Below are positions 32,201-41,200 of a stretch of 64,000 bases of DNA, one piece after another. Each line of letters begins with the position of its first letter. Positions within the stretch are counted from its first letter, which is position 1. The notes beneath the pieces are model-generated. The model had not been told where the DNA came from. It worked only from the letters and a program-made list of their open reading frames with translations, and made no database searches. Origin of the DNA: an uncultured bacterium (lineage in GTDB: Bacteria > Verrucomicrobiota > Verrucomicrobiia > Verrucomicrobiales > DEV007); the NCBI GenBank assembly GCA_963977015.1, contig CAXBMO010000012.1, positions 64,001-128,000 of the forward strand. Reading direction: 5' to 3'. A program made the position numbers and the translations under genes.

Positions 32201-35200
32201 GGCACCGCGAAGGCGCTCGTGGCCGGGGCCGGGGCGGACAGCGATACCGATCTGAGTCTTGTCACCCACGTTAATATCGGAGACGACGCGTCTGTCACGG
32301 TGGTTGGAGAGTCGAGCAATGACGACGTTTTCAACCTGCGTGCCTACAACCAGATCAATGCGCAGGATAAGGTTACGTTTGCGGCTTCCGGCCTCGCTGC
32401 CGGCGCCAGTGCCACAACGACGATTCGAACTCTGGTTGATGAGGCCAAGATCGTGATTGGTGAAGGTGCTGAGTTGACCAGTTCGGGCCGGATTGAGATG
32501 TCCGCTCGTGGCTCGGGCACGGTGGTGGTGAGAACCAACGCCGAAGGAAATGGCGGAGTGGGAGTTGTGGCAGGATCCTCGCGTGTCGATATCAAGCCGC
32601 ACAATGAGGTGTCGATCGAAGCCGGAGCCCATTTGTTGGCGGATGGCGATATTCGCCTTTCTGCGGGACGAAGTGGAGATTTCGAATCTGATTTCTATAC
32701 CCTGATTTCGCGTTTCGACTCCTATTCGTCCGCTGCCATTCCGGTGGATGACATCAACGCCTACTCGTTCATTCTTCAGGACAACCTGATTACGGTTGAT
32801 ACGGGAGCGCTCCTCCAAACTGCGCGGGAAGCGCGGTTGCATGCGGAGCGGCTCGGCTTCAACAGCATGGAGGTCGGAGCCGTGGGCCATAGTTGGGCCG
32901 CGAACGCCTTTAATGCGGCGCTTGCCTTTGACGATGGAGAATCGCACTCGGAAGCACATGCTACCGTGAGGATGGATGGAACGGTTGAGACGGGGATTCA
33001 ACGGATTCAGTCACTGACTCTGGACGGTTGGGACTCTGAAACCGGGGAGATCACGGATTCCACGGTTGTTGGAAATGTTAGTTTCACCGTATCTCAGGAA
33101 GTCTTGGAAAGTTCGTTGGTTCGGGAACTCCAGTTTGCCCAAGACCAGATTGCGCAATACCCGAACAACACGACGCTCGTGACGTTCTATCAGAGCGAGG
33201 TGAACCGGATTTCGGCGGAGTTGGCGAGTTTGGGATTGTTGGATCTGGATGCTCCGGAAGGCGTCATTTCGTCCAACGAACAGTATGTCATGACGGTGAC
33301 GGTTGATCCGGTTTATGCAGAGGCTGGCAAGATCGACATTCGCACGGACCAGACGACGGGAAGTGGAACGTGGATCGCTCCCGGTGACGCCAGTGTAACG
33401 ATCACGAACAACACGCCCGCCTTCCTGAAGATCAAAGGGGTCACTATTCCGGAAGAGAACGGGGGCCTCTTTATCAACGGTGAAGAGGTTGCCGATAACG
33501 ACGATATCGTGGATTGGAACAACCGCTCTGCGACTGACGATAATCTCTTCAACCAATTTGAGGGCAACGTCACGCCGGCGACGGCCACGTTTGCTGCCGT
33601 CCCGGACAATGAAGAATCGACGCCGACGATCACGATCGAGAATGCGTTGAACGTGAATACGGTGGAGACGACTGATGAGTCCTATCCCTGGCCGGATGTG
33701 ACGATTGTTGGAGCCAGTGAAGGTGGAATCGGGATTTCCGCTCCGCGAGCGCATCTGACGCTCTCAACCCACCCACTTCCCGGCAATGGGGATATTATCA
33801 TTAACAATGAAATCATCACCGCAACGCAAACCATCATTGCCGGTGGAACCCTGACCATTGATGGAGTTTCTCAGCAGAACGTCGAGGGCGCTCCTTACAC
33901 CGCCTGGGCTGCTGCGACGAATGGTCCTTACGGAGTCGATTCCGAAGGGCATGCGGCAGGCTACGCGGACTGGGTCACTGCAGCGAGCGGAACGGAAGTG
34001 GCCAGCGTCTTTGGTCAGGAGCCGAATTCGAACTTCGGCCTCTACGCCGACAAGATCTACATCCGGGCGGAATACTTGAACGTCAATGGAATCATCCAGA
34101 GCGGGTACGAGGATTTTTCGTTGACGTTGGATGGCGATACCGAGACGGAGATCGCGAGTCTTCGCAGTCAGGGTGGAGATCGGATCTACCTTCCGGATGC
34201 GTCTGCCGCCAGCAAGCACTTCTCCGTGTTCTATATCAAGTCGACCGACACGATCCAGGTTGAAGAACTTGTGGTGAGCGGTGGTTATATTGATCTGGAG
34301 GGTCACATCCTCAACACCGCGAATGGAAAGATTCGATTGCTGGGTGGATATGGAAAGATTGAGGTAACCAACAATACCGATCACAACCTGCAGATCGAGG
34401 AACTGGATGCCTCCAAGCGGGGCGCTGGAACCCTGATCATCAAGGACAAGGCGAAGGGAACTTCGTCGGATCCCCACGTTACCATCTATACCAAGGATGA
34501 GAACGGAATCACCGTTCAGCAGGACGATGGGAGCGTGGCCACGGGTAGCAGCCTCGCCAGCCTCACGGTGAGTGGCGGTGGAACCAGCGATTTCTCCCAG
34601 TACCAGACCGAAGGCGGTTGGCGCTTTGGTTGGGCGGTTGGTCTGACCCAGTTGGAAATCTCCCGTGCGGTGAAGAAGTCCAGCAGCTGGCTGTTTATTC
34701 CGCTTGGGTCCAGTTTCTCCGGGCCGTGGCAGTCGGTGGAAGTCGAGGGACAACCGACGTTGAAGGAACAGAGTGGTTACTTCTTCAGAGATACCGGTAT
34801 CACAGAAGCCTACACCTACGGCAAGGTAACGATCAATGATCCGCAGCCGGTCCAGATGACCCAGACCACCCATACGACGTGGTATGGCAAGAAGACGATC
34901 ACGGCTTATTACTCCCAGAAAGTCGGTCAGGATATTACCCACACCCACACGATCGATGCGGATCGCCCCATCGACATTGAGTTCATGGGGTATGATGAAG
35001 GTGAAGTGACCGTGACGTCGACCGGATCCGGTTCCGTGGATGTTCGCGGAGCGATTGCAAATGCGTCCGGTGAAACCACCATCACATCAGAAGGAGCCAT
35101 CACCACGACGGGGAGTGGTGCCTATATTGGGGGGCGTCGCGTCGAGCTCTCGGCAGAGACAGGGATTGGTGAGGCGGAAGAAGCTCCTTTGCAGACCCGG

Positions 35201-38200
35201 GTGACCGATACACCAAGCCAAAGTTTCAACGGAGGTCTGATCTTCGACTCCGTGGACAGCGGGTTGGATACCATTACCCGTGCGGGCAGTTGGTTGATCG
35301 ATGGCTTTGCTGCGGGGCAAACGCTGACCATTTCCGGCTCAAACCTGAATGACGGGATCTACACAATCGAAAGCGTAGCGGGAAGTATTCTCACCGTGGC
35401 AGCGGGGAATTCTCTCCAGGATGAATCAAACAGTGATGTGTCTGCCTTGGCGGTGGGAGATATTCCAGACAGCCTGCCTTCCAGTTTGAAAGCGACGACG
35501 ACCGAAGGTGGGATCTTCATCGCGGAACAGTTGGGAGACATCGCGATCGATCAGGTCGTGACGGGGTCCGGAAATGTTGTGATTCAATCCAATGGAGCGA
35601 TCACGGTTGGTAAACAGAACAGCAGCACGTTCTACGAAGGATTGGTCCAGGGGGATAGTGTGACGCTTGAAGCGGACAATGGTGGGGTCGGAAACGGAGA
35701 GGCCAGGCCATTGGTCATCGACTCCGCGATCTCAGGCGGGCTGAACGACAAGGTGAACGTCACCGCTGCGGACGATGTATTCCTCAAGGAAAAGTCTGGG
35801 GATCTCCGGATTGAGAAAATAACCTCGCAAGGGGATGTCTACCTGGAAGTCACGTCAGGGGACCTGGTGGATCTCAATGAAGATGAGACCCGCGATGAGC
35901 GAACCTACAATGAATTGAAGGGAGGCGTTTGGGCCGATCTTTCTCTGACGGCGGATGGAGGAGCGTTGGAGAAAATCGAAGCGGCGAAGGTGGAGCAGGC
36001 ATCCTTCCGGGAAAGCGAATACCGCACCTATTGGCAGTTCCGCGATACGCAGAGCGATTCCTCGACCTACGACGCAGCTCATGTCGTTTCCCTCACTGCG
36101 GAGGAAGATACCTTTTACCGCACGGAGTTGGGATATGACGATGCGGCGATCGAGACGTTAGAAAATTCGCGGACGACCCAGTATCATCAACTGAACGATT
36201 TTTATGGCGCGTTTGGAGACACCTTCGATGCTGACTTCACCTACACTCTGAGTGCTGCTGAAGATTCGGCATTGGAAAGCGGGTTCAAGGTCTGGACCGA
36301 GGAAGAGCTCCTTTACAGCATCAGCTCAGGACTTCTCAAGACCGTCACGGACACCACGGTCTCCGAAGAAGATCCCAACATCGTCGCCAACGACATCAAG
36401 CTGGTGGTCGGCGGTGGTGTGGGCCAAACCAATGGAACCATGGATATCGACATGGAAGTTCTGCGGACAGCTCCGGCAGAGGGCAGCATGTCGTTCTCCG
36501 GGGATACCCTCAGCTTTTCCGGAAGTTCGTGGGATGCGCTTGGGTTTGCCGTTGGTCAGCAAATTTTCATTGAAGGAAGCGATTCAAACAACGGCGCCTA
36601 CCTCATTGAGAGTGTCGCCGGCGATACCCTGAACCTGAACTACACCGATGATGATGGCGTGGTCCAGGATGCGAGTTTTACAGCTGAGACGGATGATCTT
36701 CGGGTAGCGATCACGCTGACGGATGAACAGCGCGTTACGCTCGCGGCTTCCGAGCGAACCGACGTCAGCTATCTGGCAAGCGCTCCGATCAATGCGGTGG
36801 TGACATTCGTTGCCAATTCCGGTTCGGGAGCAACCATCACCCGCGTCTCCGGCGAAGACTTCTCAGGATTCTCTGCGGGAGATGTGATTGCGATTAGTGG
36901 GAACTCCGGCAATTCGACGGAAGGTCTCCAGACCTATGAGATCGACAGCGTGGCGGGCGACGTGATCACCTTTGCCTCAGCCGTTGATTTCGTGGCGGAG
37001 AGTGCGGTTTCGATTGAAATGTCCAACATCATTCTCGATCCCGAAACGGATGGGGACTCGATCGCCATTGGCCGGATCAATCTGGTTGAGGACATCGATA
37101 TCCAGGCGTCGGGCACGGTCACGGTGGATGCCGATGAGCAGGTCTTCCTCGGATCGGAATCCAACGTCAGCGTGCAAAGCATCGAAGCTGGAGACGCCAC
37201 CACGGGTGACGAGATTCGAGTCAAGACGGGTCTCAGCATTCTTTCCGCAGATCAGAGCGTCACCAATGTTCGCGGTGGTGAGGTGATTCTGGAGGCTGCA
37301 GAAGGGGCAATTGGTGTGGAGGATGGAGAGGTTCGAACCAATCTTGTCGGAGATGGAAATCTCACGGCGAGAGCTTCGGAAGACATTCGCATCGTGGAAG
37401 TGGAAGGCGATCTGCCGGTCGGAAGTATCTACTCGAAAACCGGGGGCGCATATCTCCGCGCAACAGATGGTTCCATCATTGATGGGTATGACCATGAATT
37501 CACGAACATCCAATCGAATCTCGTGGAACTCAGCGCGAGCGAGGGCATTGGCGAGGAGGACAATTCACTGGATATCAACGTCGCTGTTTCTCCCGGCGAT
37601 ACGGTCGATGCGATCGGCACCGGAACGATCAAGGCAACTGCCGATTCGGATATTTACCTGACGGAGACCAACGGAAGTATGAATGTGCGGAACATTCTTT
37701 CCGAATCGGGTGACGTCGAGTTGCGGGCGGATGCCTTCATCGTCGATGCCGTCGATCTGGTGGACCCGAGCGATCCGGACTCGGCGCATGACGACGGTCC
37801 GGACAGCAATCCACGGGCTGACGTGATTGGTAACCATGTGACCTTGATCGCGGGATTGGGCGGCGCCGGCGGGATTGGAATCGCGGGCAACGATCTGGAT
37901 ATCGACACGTCGTATTCCGGAACCGGTTCGCTGACGGCTTCGAGTCAGCTCAACAATATTTACCTGATCGAAACGGCCGCAGACGGAGATGGCACGCTGG
38001 ATGAAGATCTCGTGCTTTACGAGATCGCTGCAAACGGAGTGGATACCGACGATTTTGTCGAAACCGCATTCATCACCGCGCCGCTTGGCCGCATTCTCAA
38101 CGGGAATCCCTCGGGAGCCAATGTGACGTCCGGCAAGATCTGGCTCTTCGCGACGATGGACGTAGGCGAAGTGGACAATCGGATCAGCACGGTCGCCCAG

Positions 38201-41200
38201 GCGATCGAAGGGAAGTCGACATCGGGTAGTTTCATTGTGAACAACACCGGCGCGATTGAGGTTGGCGGCGTCGTCAGCGGACCGGTGGCCGGCTACAGCG
38301 CTTCCGGCCTGGAAGCGGGCGGCTCGGTGCTCTTCACTGCGGCCAGTCCGGTGACGGTATCCGAGAACGTCACTGCAGGTGGGGAAATCATCATTGAAGC
38401 CCATGACGATGATGATGCCGAGGCCGATGACCTGACGGTTCAGGACGGCATTACGGTTTCGTCCACGGGGGATCGCGTTGTCCTGCGTGGTGGCGATGAC
38501 GTTCTGATCGAGGAAGGCGCCAGCATCAGTGCGTTCACCGGAATCGAGATTTACGGGGACTACGGCAACGCCGATGCCGGTGAAGGCAGCACGGTGCGAA
38601 TCGACGGTTCGCTCTCCGCGCCGACGATCCAGATTTCAGGCAATACCGATGACGACACCTTCAACTTCTCGCCGAGCACTTTGAGCGGCGATGTCACGAT
38701 TCTGGGTGGGGACGGTGTCGATCAGTTCCTGCTTCACGATCTGCCGAACCTGGACGTGGTGAACCGCAACGAGACTGACCGTCAGACCATCTCTCTGGAC
38801 GGTCAGGAAGGTTCCGATCAATACACCGTCAACCTGGTGGGTGAGGATGTTGATTATGTCATCAACGTCTCGGATTCCGGATCGGTCACGGATATCGATT
38901 CGATGATCATCAATGCCACCGACGAGGCGGACACGATCCTGCTGCGCAAGAACTTCGTCGCCTCGCTGAATGGGAATGCTGCGGATGGCTTCACCGACGA
39001 CGTGGAGCGAATCAACTATGATTCCACGATCAACGCGCGTCTCCGGATCAATCTGGCGGGCGGGGATGACAACTTTGTCAGCGACGACAACAGCACGCTC
39101 ACGACGGTCGATGGCGGCAGCGGCGCGGACACGTTCCAGATCGGTCAGGTGTTCGCCAACGACCGGGTTGCGCCGAACGTGGCGGCTGGCGATGAAATCG
39201 AGACGATCGAAGTGACGCGCGGATTCCTCACCAAAGGCATCTCGGTGCCGATGACAATTTACGGCGGCGACGGGGACGATGTTTTCTCGGTCTACAGCAA
39301 CCAGGCTCCGCTGCGGATGGAAGGGGAAGACGGGAACGACGAATTCATTATCCGCGCCTTTGTTCGGGCCGATGACGACAGCAGCACGTCCACGGAAGAG
39401 GCACTGGTCGAAGGTGGCGGCGGGGACGACCTGATCCACTACAACATCAACGCCAACGTCAGCATCAACGGTGGCACCGGCTTCGACAAGGTCGTCGCGA
39501 TTGGCACCGAACTTGCGGACCACTTCGTCATCACCGAGAACGGGATTTTCGGCGCGGGGCTGAACATCACGGTTTCCAACGTGGAGGAGGCGATTGAGGT
39601 CGACGGCCTGGAAGGCGACGATACGTTCTTCGTCCAGAGCACCGCGGCCGGCGTGGTCACCACCCTGATCGGCGGACTGGGTAGCGACACCTTCAACGTG
39701 ACCGGCGACGTCAATGCGACGATCCACGCAGCCGAAGCCGAGGGGCGCTCCGGCGTGATCAACCACGTGGCGGACAGTGACGATCCGTCTTACGAAGGGA
39801 TCGCCGCTCCCGGCATCCAGCTCAATGTGGCGGATTCCGCGACGACCAAGGTCGTGATCGAGAAATCCGGGTCTTCCACCACCGTTTCCGAGGACGTCGA
39901 TGGTTCGGTCGACACTTACGAGATTTACCTGAACGAGGCGCTCCCTGATGCCGGTGCTGAAGCTTCCATCACGGTTTCCGCAGCGCAGTCCGCGTCCAAG
40001 GAATTGGCCGAGGGCGGGCAGACCGTGGAGATTTCCACCGATGGCGTGAACTTTGCCGCCGCGCTGGTTCTCACCTTCAATGCGGGCAACTGGACGACTC
40101 ACCGCACCATCCATGTGCGGGCCGGGTCCGATACGGTGAAGGAGGGCGAGAAAAACGTCATCGTGAGTCACAGTATCGAGAGTAATCGCGATGTCTTGGA
40201 CGGAATTTCCATCGCCAACATGGAGGTTGCGGTGTTCGACGACGACAAGGACGAGCTCATCATCACGGAAAGCGGTCCATCGACCAGCGTGACCGAAAAT
40301 GGGGCGACCGACACCTACACCGTGGCCCTGACCCACGAACCTGCGCCGGGCGAAACCGTCACGGTGACGTTGAATCACGACGACACCCAACTGACGCTTT
40401 CGGACGATACCCTGACTTTCGGCGACGAGGATTCCGCGAACCCGTGGAACGTGCCGCAGACTGTGACGGTGACGGCGTTCAACGACGACGTGGTTGAGAA
40501 TACAATCCGGGAACTGATCACCCATGATGTGACCAGCACCGGAACGTTCAGCGTGAGCGAAGCGCCGACGATCAATGTGAGTGTGACCGATGACGACATT
40601 GGCGGAGTCATCGTGGAAGAGTCGGGCGGCTCGACCGTGGTGGTCGACGGCGGTGCGGGCGATAGCTACACGCTCCGCTTGAGCAAAGAACCGGAGAATC
40701 CGGTCACGGTCAATGTTCTGGCCGATGACCAGACCCTGGTTTCGAGCGCTGATGTCCGTTTCACGGCTGCCGTGGGCGACAACCCGCCGATGATCACCTT
40801 TGACCATACGAATTGGAATTTGGCGGTGACCGTCGATGTCGAGGCCAACCCGGATTTCGAAGGCGGCGATGCCCAGACGATCAAGTTCGCGGTTCAGCCG
40901 CACCTGACCAACCGGATTCAAGGACCGTTGGTGATCGAGGGAGGAACCGGCTCCGGACCGGACCGCACTCTGGCCATACCGGTGACGTTGCCGACCGAGG
41001 ACAACGCGCCGCCGGCTGATCTCGACCTGACCGAGGACGAATCGCTGAACCGCGATACCGTCAACGTCTTCAACGATGACAGCGTGGCCGACGACACTGG
41101 CGTCCTGACCGAAGACAACCTTTCCGGGCTCGGCATGGGGTCGGATTCGATCGTTGTTCCGGGGACTGGCGGGGGACCGGATGTAACCATCCAGGATGGG

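Noticed and set aside
38636-40921. 761-aa minus-strand ORF, and the many other ORFs antisense to the giant gene
   Set aside because: Shadow frames caused by codon bias of the + strand gene; no recognisable motifs.
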